This document shows positions 12,818-25,969 of a stretch of DNA of 64,000 nucleotides, one piece after another. The stretch covers positions 3,658,001 to 3,722,000 of the forward strand of contig OZ231126.1 in assembly GCA_965153355.1 (NCBI GenBank), written 5' to 3'. This DNA is from Flaccisagitta enflata (lineage: Eukaryota). A program made the position numbers and the translations under genes. How positions within the stretch are numbered: position 1 is the stretch's first letter; each line of letters opens with the position of its first letter. Below the pieces are notes generated by a model. It was not told the DNA's origin, did no database searches, and saw only the letters and a program-made list of their open reading frames with translations.

Positions 12818-13802
12818 TCACCGAACCTCCCACCAAACCACTTTTCTCTCGCCTTTGATGGTTTTTACTCGATGCGACCCTCCCGTCCGCCCATCGTTTT
12901 TTGCAATTTCGTTCAGACGATCCGCTTCTTCCCTCAATTCTGCTTCCTTTTTCCTCGCTTCCTCTCGTTGCTTCCGCGTTAGGTCCGGCGCAACAAACAC
13001 GCCTTTCCACGCATCCTTCCTCCCCAGCAGATACGCTTTCCTTTTCAGCGCCTCTCTCGTTCCTTCGTCGTGGATCTTGACAACGATTGGACGAGGTTTG
13101 CCCGCACCTTCCTTTTTTCCTGCACGGAAAAGGACCTCCACTTCCCCGGCGATTTCCACGTCGATCTCCTCGGCGATTTTCCGGATCACCGCCGCGTCCT
13201 CTTCTTTCTCCTCAGCTGGTTCCGTTTTCTCCGATTCCTTCACCCCAAACACCACAATGTTAGACGCCTTCTTCTCCTGCTCCTTCATCTCCACCGACAT
13301 CTCTTCCTTTACTTCCTTCTTCGCCTGCTCCATTCCCGATTCTATTTCCTTCTCCATGTCGCCAACTTTCTCCCTCACCTGCTCGTTGTTGTCCCGCATC
13401 CTTGCAATTTGCTCTTCCAGCAACTTGATTTTCGCGCAATTCGCTTCCTCGTTTTTTTTTCAACTCGGCCACTTCCTTTTTGAGATCCGTGAGCGATGTG
13501 TTGAGAAAGCCTATCACTCTCCTACACGATGCGCAGATGAAGGACGCTTTGCTGAAGAAGGCATAGAACTTGTCGGCCATGTCTACAAGTTCTGGCGTCA
13601 CACCTTCCACGCATTTTATATGCCACCAGTATCGGCAGAGGGTGCATAGGCATGCATCCTTTGTCGTCGTTTCCCCGAAACATCGCCCGCAGGGATTTTT
13701 CACATTCGCCGTATCCCTTTTTTCTCTGTCGCCAGCTCCGTCGCCGGCGCCGACGCCAGCTCCGTCGCCGGCGCCATCGCCCGCACCGTCGCCAGCTCCC
13801 AT
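12818..13802 (-). CDS. LINE ORF1 (PHD finger, coiled coil, RRM-like), split by a +1 frameshift in an A9 run
   Basis: PHD-like CGRC..CTLCRYWWHIKC..FICASC, then a coiled coil and NIVVFGVKE..RAGK..PRPIVVK..VFVAPDLT. Removing one T from the T9 run at 13452-13460 fuses ORF 13260-13802 with ORF 12818-13423. Confidence 0.85.
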
Positions 13803-15459
13803 TTTCTTGACACGTCTGCTTGGCGTTGCGTCACTGTCTGTTCCGACTTCCGATTCGTTTCCCAGCGTGTGTCTCTTTCACTTAATGTCACTTTTGCTTG
13901 ATAAATGTTTCACGTTTGTTTTTGACAATGTCTCAGCCCGAGACCGTCTTGTCTCCCAGGGTCTTTCTTTTTAGATAGCCCGAGACCGTTTGTCTCCCAG
14001 GGACTTTAAACAAATTGAAACTACTCAATTATAAGCTCCTCAAGACACTTCAGATAGAGAAAATAGATTTAATTAAGCAAATAAAAGAATTTGGGCCTTG
14101 AGACTGCAATTTGAGGGGGGGATAGAGAAGAAGAAGAAGAAGAAGAAGAAGAAGAAGAAGAAGGAGAAGGAGAAAATTCCCCATATGTGTGAAAGCATAG
14201 GTCATCGACCCCTTCGGGGCCGCTGCCCAAAAGGGCTGATTCAGGGCCTGTGAGGGCAAATTTCAGGCCTGAAAGAGCAGATTGATGTCTGAGGGCTGAT
14301 TTGACGCCTGAGAGGTCTGATTTGAGACTCGAGAGGCCCAATTTGTAGCCTGAGTGACCTGATTTGAGGTTTGAAAGGCCTGATTTTGGGCCTGAAAAGT
14401 CAAGATGAGGATGGATGAACGAACGGACAGACGCATGGACGAATAAAAATGTCCCTCTGTGTTCTACGGGAGGGCATGACGATAGGTAACATGTACAAGA
14501 ATAACGCCAGAAATGACCATTTTGTGCAATTTAAACATTTGCATGAATCAACGATGAATTGACTGACCAACCAACAGACTAACCAACTAACCAACCAACT
14601 AATCAACCAACCAAAAGAAGTAGAGGGAAGCACATAAAAGCCTTGAGCTTGCAAAACTTGTTTTTATCTGTAAGAAAATCGCCCAAAGAGAGCGATTTCA
14701 ATGTGCCGCCACTTCTGCCGCCTCTTCCTCCTCCTCCTCCTCCTCACTATCCTCCTCCTCCCTCTCCTACTCCCTGAGATATCATAAAGTTTTCTAATTC
14801 ATTCTTGTATGATGTATACTTTACCCCTCCAAAAAGAAACACCTCTTTGATGAATTTTTGAATTTTCATTGTCTTTCGAAATATACGCTAATAATGAAAT
14901 AAAGGCAAAATCAGCAAAATCTCATTTGCATATTACGGTCAAATCGCGAGTACCTAAAACTACCCCTAGTAATGAAAAAAGAGTTTCTACCCATTCCTAA
15001 GTCCCATAACCGTCATAAAAATGGGCCATGAGATCAATGTGCTGTGAATTACTCATTACACTACAGCTTAATATCCATATATAAAATTTGATCAAATTCC
15101 CAACCACCCTATTGTAATACCCTGCCCTAACCTGAACCAAGCCCCAACTTAAGCCTTAGTCAAAACCCAAACTCATCCCTAATCCTGACTAACCCAGCCC
15201 TGACACAGAGACATAGCCTTTAAACTCAATTGAATCCTTGGTAGTGGTGCAAAACCGCCCGTTAACGCCGAAAAAGCTAACGGCCCCCGACCGACCAAAA
15301 AATCGGGAAAAAGTCAACCCTACGAAAAAGGAAAAAAGGAAATGTTTTGCTCTCGTAATCCTTGAGATTTAATATCTCAGATTCCCAGAATCATGCAAAT
15401 AAACAAGAGACGCGGGTGAGCAGGAACATCCAACCCTCATCTACATCCCGCTAAAAACA

Positions 15460-16286
15460 TTTTAAGGTGCGCCATAGCACCTCTATAACTAGCTCTGTCT
15501 GTTGGTCGGTTGGTCGGTAACGCTCGAGTTGAAAATATCTAAAAGAAGCAAAAATCACTGGAAATGATTCAGAAATATGCTATGATGATTTCTAGGTGCG
15601 CCATAGCACCTCTATAAGAGGCCCTGTCCGTCCGTCCGTCCGTCCGTCCAACCAACCGTTGTTCACGCTCGAATGAAAAATCGCTAAAAATGTTTGAAAT
15701 TAATTGAAAGCTCATTTCGATCATCATTGATGATACTCGTCATTTCATCTACTAGAATAATCAGCTACGGTTAGTTGGGGATAGGTCTGATAGAGCTGGT
15801 GATAGGTCGGATAGGTCTGATAGAGCTGGGGATAGGTCTGGTAGAGCTCGGGATTGTTCTGATAGAGCTCAGGATAGGTATGTTAGAGTTAAGGATATTA
15901 ACAGCTCTCAGAAATATATAAAAATCATTATTTCCTCTTGTCCATTTCAAACTAGACCAATATTGACCTGAGGAATCAACTCAGACCATTAAAAATGCTC
16001 TCAGGTCAATTTTTCGATCCCCATGGCCTAAGGTTCTTAGGTCAAAAACCATATAAAGTCAAATTTTCAAAATTGTTGATAGAGCTAAGGAAAGGTCTGA
16101 TAGAGCTCAGGATAGGTCTGATAAGAGCTAGGGATAGGTCTGATAGAGCTGGTGATAGGTCGGATAGGTTTGATTGAGCTCAGGATAGGTCTGATAGAGC
16201 TAGGGATAGGTCTGATGGAGCTAGGGATAGGTCTAAGAATAAATAACGCCCGGCGCACCGTCTTGGCCCATGTATCCCGCCTTGTT
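15460..16286 (+). mobile_element. Family C Helentron-like element with 21-bp minisatellite
   Basis: AGGTGC-gccata-GCACCT + CTATA start (duplicated at 15594), GATAGGTCTGATAGAGCTCGG arrays, end GGCGCACC..GTATCCCGCCTTGTT. Related copies at 17326-19177, 20601-22523, 31868-32158, 42848-42955. Confidence 0.7.
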
Positions 16287-16755
16287 GATTTATTTCTGTT
16301 TTCCAGATTCGACGCTCGTCAGGCGAATGTGAATCGGTGGAATAGGAAAGCAGAAAACCCGACACGTGGTACTACTTTTTTGGTCAAATGAAATAGTATT
16401 GCTCCGCTAAAGAGACACAGTTACTAGCGAGACAAAACTCTTCCCATTTTCCTTTGATTCAGGGAATGCGCTTTTGGAGAGACTAACGAAGGGGTTGGAT
16501 GAGCTTAAGTTGAAGAGAAGGCAGCACATGGTCATGAATCTTCGCGGTGCGTTAATGGCTTGACCACACAGTAGCTTCACAATGAAAGAATCATTTCTGA
16601 GCATCAAAAAGCCGTCTTTGAAACCTTGTGTTTGATGCGCCTAAAAATACGTCAGTCTGTAGGTCTGCCTATCAAGCTTTGTTGCTTTGGCAATCGACCA
16701 CAAGTGCTTGCCCGCTTGAAATTGGCAAAACAACAGTTTCTTTTAGGGGTACACT

Positions 16756-19343
16756 CTGAGGCGGATCAACAATGCGCGGGGCCCTAGGCTTGGCTAGGGC
16801 GCGGGGCCCCCCAACCCCCATCTGCCCCCCCCCTGTCAGCTTGAAGATCAACAAAGCGCGGGTCTTTAGGCTTGACTGGAAGGTGAACCCCCAATCTCTT
16901 TTTTAGATCCCCTGGCATCATATATATCATTTTCCTATTTCTACAATTACATTTGTCATACAATATTCAATATTTCTGTTTGTTGATTTAAAAGATTTAA
17001 TTAATCTTTGTCTAATTAATTATGAAGCAAAAAACAAAATACAGCATTTGGTTTTGATTGAACTGAAAAAAAAAGTTGTTTGGCTTTAAAAATCTCAAAG
17101 TAGTTTTCAAAGCAAATAATGTCATTTATGCTATTCATATTCAAGCTTAACATATAGTTTCTATTCTTTTAAAGATACAAGATATTTGTTACTGATCTTT
17201 TTCCTGTTTCTGTTTTGAATAATACCTCTGCAATTGTTTACCATCATTGAGCATCAAATACACTCATGCAGATCACAATTCTTATTGATCGTTTTTCTGT
17301 TTTTTTTTCTTCATTTTTTTTCCTATTTTTAGGTGCGCCATAGCACCTCTATAACTAGCTCTGTCTGTCGGTCGGTCGGTCGGTCGGTCGGTCGGTCGGT
17401 CAGTTGGTCGGTCACGCTCGAGTTGAAAATCTCAAAAAGAAGCAAAAATCACTTTAAATGATTCAGAAATATGCTAGAATGATTCCCAGATGCGCCATAG
17501 CACCTCTATAAGAGGTTCTGTCCGTCTGTCCATACGTCGGTCACGCTCGAATGAAAACTCGCTGAAAACTCATTTCATTCATTTCAATCACTAAAATTCG
17601 TTTCATTCACTAAAATGCATTTCATTCACTAAAATTCATTTCATTCATTCATTCATTCATTCATCATTCATTTCATTCATTTCATTCATTCATTCATTTC
17701 ACTCATTCATTCATTTCATTCATTCATTTCATTCATTTCATTCATTCATTCATTTCATTCATTCATTTCATTCATTCATTTCATTCATTTGTTTCTTTAT
17801 ATTCATTCATTTCATTCATTTCATATATTTCATTCATTCATTTCATTCATTTCATTCATTTCATTCATTTCGTTCATTCTATTCAATTCATTCATTCCAT
17901 TCATTCATTCATTTATTTCACTCATTCATTTCAATCATTCATTTCATTCATTGATTTCATCCATTCATTTCATTCATTCATTTCATTCATTCATTTCATT
18001 CACATTCATTTTATTCATTCATTCATTCATTCATTCATTCATTCATTCATTTCATTCATTCATTCATTCATTCATTCATTCATTTCATTCATTCATTTCA
18101 TTCATTCATTTCATTCATTCATTTCATTCATTCATTTCATTCTTTCATTTCATTCTTTCATTTCATTCCTCCATTTCATTCATTTCATTTCATTCTTTCA
18201 TTTCATTCCTCCATTTCATTCATTTCATTTCATTCAGTTCATTCATTCATTTTTCATTCATTTCATTCATTCATTTCATTCATTCATTTCATTCATTCAT
18301 TTCATTCATTCATTTCATTCATTCATTTCATTCATTCATTTCATTCATTTCATTCATTCATTCATTCATTTCATTCATTCATTTCATTCATTCATTTCAT
18401 TCATTCATTCATTTCATTCATTTCATTCATTCATTCATTTCATTCATTCATTCATTCATTTCATTCATTCATTCATTTCATTCATTCACTGAAAATGTTT
18501 GAAACCAATTAAAAACTCATTTTGTTCATTTCGTTCACTGATATACATTTCATTCACAAAAATTCATTTCATTTACTAAAATTCATTTCATTCACTAAAA
18601 TAATCAGCTACGTTGAGGTCATTCTTTAAAATTCATTTCACTCATTCATTCATTCATTCATTAAATGATTATTCAATTAATTAATTGATTAATTAATTAA
18701 TAAATTAATTGATTAGTTAATTAATTAATTAATCAATTACCTAATTAATTAATTAATCAATTCATTCATTTCATTGCATTGGCTGAAAATGTTTGAAATC
18801 AATTGAAAACTCATTTTGTTCATTTCATTCACGAAAATTCATTTCATTCACTAAAATTCATTTCATTCACTAAAATAATCAGCTATGTTGAGGTCTGATC
18901 AAGCTGGGGATAGGTCAGATAGGTCTGGTGATTGGACGGATAGGTATGGGGATAGGTCTGATAGAGCTCGGGATAGGTCTGATAGAGCTCGGGATAGGTC
19001 TGATAGAGCTCGGGATAGGTCTGATAGAGCTCGGGATAGGTCTGATAGAGCTCAGGATAGGTCTGATAGAGCTGAGGATAGGTCTGATAGAGCTAGGGAT
19101 AGGTCTGATGGAGCTAGAGATAGGTCTAAGAATTAATGCGCCCGGCACCGTCTTGGCCCGTGTATCCGGCCTTGTTTCTTCTTCTCTTTTATTCTTTACC
19201 TTTTTTCTTTACTTATTATCTTTTGTTACTGTCCTGTTTCTTTTTTCTTTTTTGAGAGGCAGGCTGAGGCCCCTGAGGCTGAGCCCCCTGAGGCGCGGGG
19301 CCTAGGCCCAAGCCTATTAAGCCTATTGGGTGATCCGCCTCAG
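16756..19343. mobile_element. Composite TIR element, copy 1 (carries a family C element with (TTCA)n satellite)
   Basis: 13-bp perfect TIR CTGAGGCGGATCA / TGATCCGCCTCAG; near-identical to 20032-22690. Confidence 0.85.
17570..18870. repeat. (TTCA/TTTCA)n satellite
   Basis: Seen directly; paralogous array at 20855-22220. Confidence 0.95.
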
Positions 19344-19395
19344 GTACATGAACAACCATCTGTCGATCTTTTGTTTTTAAGACTTTTTAAGCGGT

Positions 19396-19680
19396 TTTTA
19401 GATGCGTCCGTCAGGAACGCATCTCTATAAGAGGGTCTGTCCGTCGGTCCGTCCGTCGGTCCGTCGGTCCGTCCGTCCGTAACGCCTGTGCAAAACTTGC
19501 GTTTCTCGACTGTTTTTGGCCACGGTGAGATCAAATGATCGACAATCATGTTGTAAGAGTCTCCTATTCTAATTTGTCGTTTCATCTGTCTAGTCGTTCA
19601 TCTGTCTCTCCTTATATGTCACATGTTCAATACACGCAGAGACACAGTCCGGACGCATCGTTGCCCGGTCGGGCTTGTTT
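19396..19680 (+). mobile_element. Family E Helentron-like element
   Basis: AGATGCGT..ACGCATCT hairpin + CTATA, (GTCC)n, sub-TIR GGACGCATC, 3' hairpin GCCCG-gt-CGGGC. Second copy at 34801-35256. Confidence 0.68.
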
Positions 19681-19683
19681 AAA

Positions 19684-19770
19684 TTAGGGTTAGGGGTGGG
19701 GTTAGGGTTAGGGTTGGGGATAGTTTTAGGGTTAAGGTTAGGGACAAGGTTAGCTTTAGGGCTTAGGGTT
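19684..19770. repeat. Degenerate interstitial (TTAGGG)n
   Basis: Several TTAGGG units with variants. Confidence 0.7.
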
Positions 19771-20031
19771 GGCTGGGTTTTATGTGTTACGACCCGAAGC
19801 TATTCGAATGAAATTCGCTCTGGCGGAGGATTCTGAAAGAAAAACAAAATCATTCAGAGACTCAATCAGCAGCTCCCTTTTAAGTGCCGATACCATGAAA
19901 TCTGCGGTAGCTACAACAAATAGCCAAAACAAATTGCTTGTGCCTCCCATGATAAAGTTTGTTTCAAAACCTCAGCAATTCTTTGCATATTTGTTCCAGC
20001 TCTAAAACCTGCTACTAAGAGGGAACGTTAC

Positions 20032-22690
20032 CTGAGGCGGATCAACAATGCGCGGGGCCCTAGGCTTGGCTAGGGCGCGGGGCCCCCCAACCCCCATCTG
20101 CCCCCCCCCTGTCAGCTTGAAGATCAACAAAGCGCGGGTCTTTAGGCTTGACTGGAAGGTGAACCCCCAATCTCTTTTTTAGATCCCCTGGCATCATATA
20201 TATCATTTTCCTATTTCTACAATTACATTTGTCATACAATATTCAATATTTCTGTTTGTTGATTTAAAAGATTTAATTAATCTTTGTCTAATTAATTATG
20301 AAGCAAAAAACAAAATACAGCATTTGGTTTTGATTGAACTGAAAAAAAAGTTGTTTGGCTTTAAAAATCTCAAAGTAGTTTTCAAAGCAAATAATGTCAT
20401 TTATGCTATTCATATTCAAGCTTAACATATAGTTTCTATTCTTTTAAAGATACAAGATATTTGTTACTGATCTTTTTCCTGTTTCTGTTTTGAATAATAC
20501 CTCTGCAATTGTTTACCATCATTGAGCATCAAATACACTCATGCAGATCACAATTCTTATTGATCGTTTTTCTGTTTTTTTTTCTTCATTTTTTTTCCTA
20601 TTTTTAGGTGCGCCATAGCACCTCTATAACTAGCGACTCTACAACCCGCTTTGACCCTCGGTTGGTCGGTCGGTCGGTCGGTTGGTCAGTTGGTCGGTCA
20701 CGCTCGAGTTGAAAATCTCAAAAAGAAGCAAAAATCACTTTAAATGATTCAGAAATATGCTAGAATGATTCCCAGATGCGCCATAGCACCTCTATAAGAG
20801 GTTCTGTCCGTCTGTCCATACGTCGGTCACGCTCGAATGAAAACTCGCTGAAAACTCATTTCATTCATTTCAATCACTAAAATTCGTTTCATTCACTAAA
20901 ATGCATTTCATTCACTAAAATTCATTTCATTCATTCATTCATTCATCATTCATTTCATTCATTTCATTCATTTCATTCGTTCATTTCATTCATTAATTTC
21001 ATTCATTCATTTCACTCATTCATTCATTTCACTCATTCATTCATTTCATTCATTCATTCATTCATTTCATTCATTCATTTCATTCATTCATTTCATTCAT
21101 TCATTTCATTCATTCATTTCATTCATTTGTTTCTTTATATTCATTCATTTCATTCATTTCATATATTTCATTCATTTCATTCATTTCATTCATTTCATTC
21201 ATTTCATTCATTTTCATTCATTCATTCATTCATTCATTCATTCATTCATTCATTCATTTCATTCATTCATTCAATTCATTCATTCATTTCATTTGATTTC
21301 ATCCATTCATTTCATTCATTCATTTCATTCATTCATTTCATTCACTGATTTTATTCATTCATTTCATTCATTCATTCATTCATTCATTCATTCATTCATT
21401 TCATTCATTCATTCATTCATTCATTCATTTCATTCATTCATTTCATTCATTCATTCATTCATTTCATTCATTCATTTCATTCTTTCATTTCATTCTTTCA
21501 TTTCATTCCTCCATTTCATTCATTTCATTTCATTCTTTCATTTCATTCCTCCATTTCATTCATTTCATTTCATTCAGTTCATTCATTCATTCTATTTATT
21601 CATTTTATTCATTCATTTCATTCATTCATTTCATTCATTCATTTCATTCATCATTCATTTCATTCATTCATTTATTCATTTCATTCATTCATTTCATTCA
21701 TTCATTTCATTCATTCATTTCATTCATTCATTTCATTCATTCATTTCATTCATTCATTCATTTTATTCATTTCATTCATTCATTCATTTCATTCATTCAT
21801 TCATTCATTTCATTCATTCATTCATTTCATTCATTCACTGAAAATGTTTGAAACCAATTAAAAACTCATTTTGTTCATTTCATTCACTGAAATACATTTC
21901 ATATACTAAAATTCATTTCATTTACTAAAATTCATTTCTTCACTAAAATAATCAGCTACGTTGAGGTCATTCTTTAAAATTCATTTCACTCATTCATTCA
22001 TTCAATCATTAAATGATTATTCAATTAATTAATTGATTAATTAATTAATAAATTAATTGATTAGTTAATTAATTAATTAATCAATTACCTAATTAATTAA
22101 TTAATCAATTCATTCATTTCATTGCATTGGCTGAAAATGTTTGAAATCAATTGAAAACTCATTTTGTTCATTTCATTCACGAAAATTCATTTCATTCACT
22201 AAAATTCATTTCATTCACTAAAATAATCAGCTATGTTGAGGTCTGATCAAGCTGGGGATAGGTCAGATAGGTCTGGTGATTGGACGGATAGGTATGGGGA
22301 TAGGTCTTATAGAGCTCGGGATAGGTCTGATAGAGCTCGGGATAGGTCTGATAGAGCTCGGTATAGGTCTGATAGAGCTCGGGATAGGCCTGATAGAGCT
22401 CGGGATAGGTCTGATAGAGCTAGGGATAGGTCTGATAGAGCTAGGGATAGGTCTGATGGAGCTAGAGATAGGTCTAGAATTAATAACGCCCGCACTGTCT
22501 TGGCCCGTGTATCCGGCCTTGTTTCTTCTTCTTTCTTCTTTATTCTTTTTTTTTCTTTTATCTTTATGTTACTGTCCTGTTTCTTTTTCTCTTTTTTTTA
22601 AGGGGTGGGCAGGCCCCTGAGGCGAGGAGCCCCCTGAGGCGCGGGGCCCTAGGCTTAAGCCTATTAAGCCTATTGGGTGATCCGCCTCAG
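20032..22690. mobile_element. Composite TIR element, copy 2
   Basis: Same TIRs and body as 16756-19343, with different flanks and a different satellite arrangement. Confidence 0.85.
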
Positions 22691-22703
22691 ATTTTACGTT
22701 ACG

Positions 22704-23918
22704 CACCCCTCTCTGGATAGCCTTCCAAAGAAAAAACAAAAAACCCATTCTGGGGACCTCAAGAACTACCATTTAGGATGTCTTGACTAGACAAAACAAC
22801 ATCAGACTAAATCATTTGAAGGCAAAATTTGGGAAAAAATCACTTTTCATACAAAAATCAAACATTTTTTGCCATATTTGGCACTTTCATGGTTCATACA
22901 GCTTCCAAAACTTTAGAAAATATCTAAAAAGTGTAAGATTAGCTAATGTGTAACTAGTTTAACCTTTTCAAGCTAGTTTGGATGGATATTTAAAAGATTA
23001 GAGCAAAAAAAATCACTTAAAACCAGAAAATCGAGCTTTTTTCAGCATTTTTTTGTCTAAAATCATTTAAGCTACATCAATAAGCCTATAAACTATCAAA
23101 AGTGTGTGGGAAGTTAAAATTCATATGGTTTTACTATTTTAAGTAAGTTTGGAGAAATTCTAAAAAAATAACTTAAAAACAGTAAATTAAAGCTTTTTTT
23201 AATATATTCATGCTGAAATGTAATCAATCAAACTTTACACCCCCCTCCCTATAGCCCCAAGAGAAAAGACATAACATATCTCTGGCTTCCTTTGCTGTTC
23301 CAGCTATATGGTGGGTAATGTGCTTTTGTATGCCTAAAAAGATATCTAACACTAAAAACTAATAAGCTTACAAATAATCAAAACAAAAATAAAAAAGGTT
23401 TAATAACTTTTATAATTTATCAAATACTATGAAAAATATAAATTAATGAAAGATTTTTTAGCTTTTGAGAATTAGATATTTCTTCAAACTTAGAATGGTA
23501 AAACCATATGCATTTCAACTGTTCCCACACACTTTTTTATTGTTTACATGCTTAATGATGCAGCTTGAATGATTACAGGCAAAAGAATGCTGAAAAAAGC
23601 TTGATTTTTTGTTTTAAAATTTTTTTTTTTGCTCTAATTTTTGAAATATCCATCCAAACTAGCTTGAAACGGTAAAATCAGTTACACATTAGCTTTTCTT
23701 TCACTTTTTAGATATTTTAAATAGTTTTGGAAGCTGTATAAACCCTGAAAGTGCCAAATATGGCAAAAAATGCTTGATTTTTGCATAAAAATTGACTTTT
23801 TCCCAAATGATTTAGTCTGATGTTGTTTTGTGTAGCCAAGACATCCTAGATGATAGTTTTTGGGGTCCCCAGAATAGTTTTTTTGGTTTTTCTTTGGGGG
23901 GCTATCCAGAGGGGGGTG
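22704..23918. mobile_element. Long-TIR foldback element, CAC..GTG, 4-bp TSD TACG (Chapaev-like)
   Basis: Several hundred bp of imperfect TIR starting CACCCC.CTCTGGATAGCC; TACG on both flanks. Confidence 0.8.
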
Positions 23919-24316
23919 TACGATCCTATGGGCGAGGACAAGGGTTGCTCCTTCAGCGATTGGCAAAGCCGTGACTGTGGCTAAGCAAACAAAAGCTGTC
24001 AATTCTATTTTATTTAACTGCATGGACAAGATAAAAATCAAGTTTAACTTTAACTTGCACTTCCTAGATGGCTTTTCTTCGATAACTAATTCCTGATTAA
24101 ATTTAAAACGATAGTGAGCCGTGCAGCCCCAGATGTGTTGAGGTTCTTTTTATGGTAAAAGCATTTCAAATGAAGAATTTAGACTATTTAGATTTGGTTT
24201 ATTTTTGACTTCGCATTTTGTATTTTATCCTCTTTTAACAATTGTAAGTTAAAATCAATCGCTTTCAATGCATTTTCAATTAAAAAGGTGCATGCGACAG
24301 AGATAGAATTCTGGTA

Positions 24317-25545
24317 CAGTACCTTCTGAGCAAACCCGGCTAAAATTGGAGGATCAATTTTTAATACTTTAATTTCATTTCTCAAATTTCATTTTTTGTA
24401 TTTTATTTAATTAAAAGATATTAAATTCCTGGAATACATTTGGCAGTCAAAAAAAATATTTGTGAAATCAAAGTGCATAAAGACATTAATATGGAGTGTT
24501 CTAACTCAGACCATTGAATTCAGCAGAAAATTTTACCTATCGTAGACTACAAGAACAGCTCAATCATTTCAAGTTTTACAGTTATTTCAAGTTTTTAAGG
24601 ACAATTGGCTCAAAATAATTTAGGACAAATTTTAGTGATTTTAGTGATTTTAGTGATTTTAGTGATTTTAATGATTTTTTTTACTGAGCCAGTTGGGCTC
24701 GCTCCTCACAATTGGACAGAGCAAGAAATGAAAACCATGAGCCCGGTAAAAATGCCATGCCAAATTTTACAATCACCTCAGCTCAGATTTGTATTAGCAG
24801 CTATTGATTACATGATGTAATGATAAAATGATCACTACAAAGATGATTCAATTTGAGAAAAAATCGAAAAACAACTCAAAACTTGATGATTTTTTTCAAA
24901 ACTTTCACTCAATCAGCTCGAGTGCTATAAATCCATCCCTATGAGAGAGAGCCAGCCGGGCTCAGAGCTTGCAAAACATGAGAGCCCCAGGCAAAATAGA
25001 GAGCATCGGGCTTGTGGGCTCGCTTTAAAATCAGGCCTGCGAATGTACTTAAAAACATTAAATGGCCATAAAAACTGAAATAATTGTCTGATTAAGCTGT
25101 TTTTAGTCGCGTGCTACGCGACTCTACAACCCGCTTTGTCGGTCTGTCCGTCCGTCGGTCCGTCCGTCGGTCCGTCCGTCTGTCACACTTTACTTTTTTT
25201 GGGTTTTTGCGGTCTTTGGCCTTACTGCTCCTGCCCAAATGATGGAGTGGCCTTAAATATGGCCCCTGCCCACCCACACGCGACTTCCGTAGCAGTGTAT
25301 CTGGCCTTGTTGTAATCTAGGATAGGTACAATTTTCTGCTGAATCCAATGGTCTGGGTTAGAACACTCCATATTGATGTCTTCATGCACTTTGATTTCAC
25401 GAGTTTTTTTTTTTACAACTAAATATGTTCAAGGAATTAAGTAACTTTTAATTAGGTTAGATACAAAAAATTAAGTTTGGAAAATAAAATTAAAGTAACA
25501 AAAATAAATCCTCTAGTTTTAGCCGGGTTTGCTCGGAAGGTACTG
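24317..25545. mobile_element. TA-flanked long-TIR element (Tc1/mariner-like)
   Basis: TA|CAGTACCTTC..GAAGGTACTG|TA with ~220-bp imperfect TIRs. The inverted repeat may extend ~13 bp further out. Confidence 0.7.
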
Positions 25546-25700
25546 TACTTGATTTCTAATACATTCTTGATAATTATCTAGCGATTTAACCAAGCCCTCA
25601 GAAAATTCAATTTTTAGTCGAGTGCACGCGACTCTACAACCCGCTTTGTCCGTCTGTCGGTTGGTCGGTCGGTCACACTTACTTTTTTTATAATTTTATT

Positions 25701-25969
25701 CAGGGCCGTATGGCAAGGGGTCGCCGGGACCGCCATGGCGGCCCCTTGTTGAGACACACACCACTGAGAGAGAGAGAGAGAGAAAAAAGAAAGAGAGAGA
25801 AAAAGATAGAGAGAGAAAAAGAGAGACAAGGCTATGCACAAAAATTTATTGTTATCTATACATATAAAGACAAAAAAATCACTAGTTAGATTGATTGGGA
25901 TATTAAGAAGCTGTTGTGACACAAATTGGAGGCGGCACCCCCAAAATCATATACTCCCATACAGCGCTG
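25701..25969. mobile_element. hAT-type MITE nested in a family A element
   Basis: CAG..CTG termini, perfect 8-bp TSD ATTTTATT. Confidence 0.8.

Larger units (their letters stand above)
9864..14088 (-). mobile_element. Full-length CR1-group LINE retrotransposon (~4.2 kb)
   Basis: ORF1 + ORF2, a short 3'UTR with a stem-loop and a (CATCT)n tail at 9864-9882, and a 5'UTR with two direct repeats (13935-14002). No clear TSD. It interrupts the 20-bp minisatellite of a host element. The 5' boundary is approximate. Confidence 0.9.

Noticed and set aside
19684-19770. True telomere or chromosome fusion site
   Set aside because: Short, degenerate, single orientation; similar motifs occur inside TEs in this window.
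17789-22620. Long FIHS-rich and DRSDRAR/IGLIELG ORFs
   Set aside because: Translations of (TTCA)n and 21-bp repeats that lack stops by construction.
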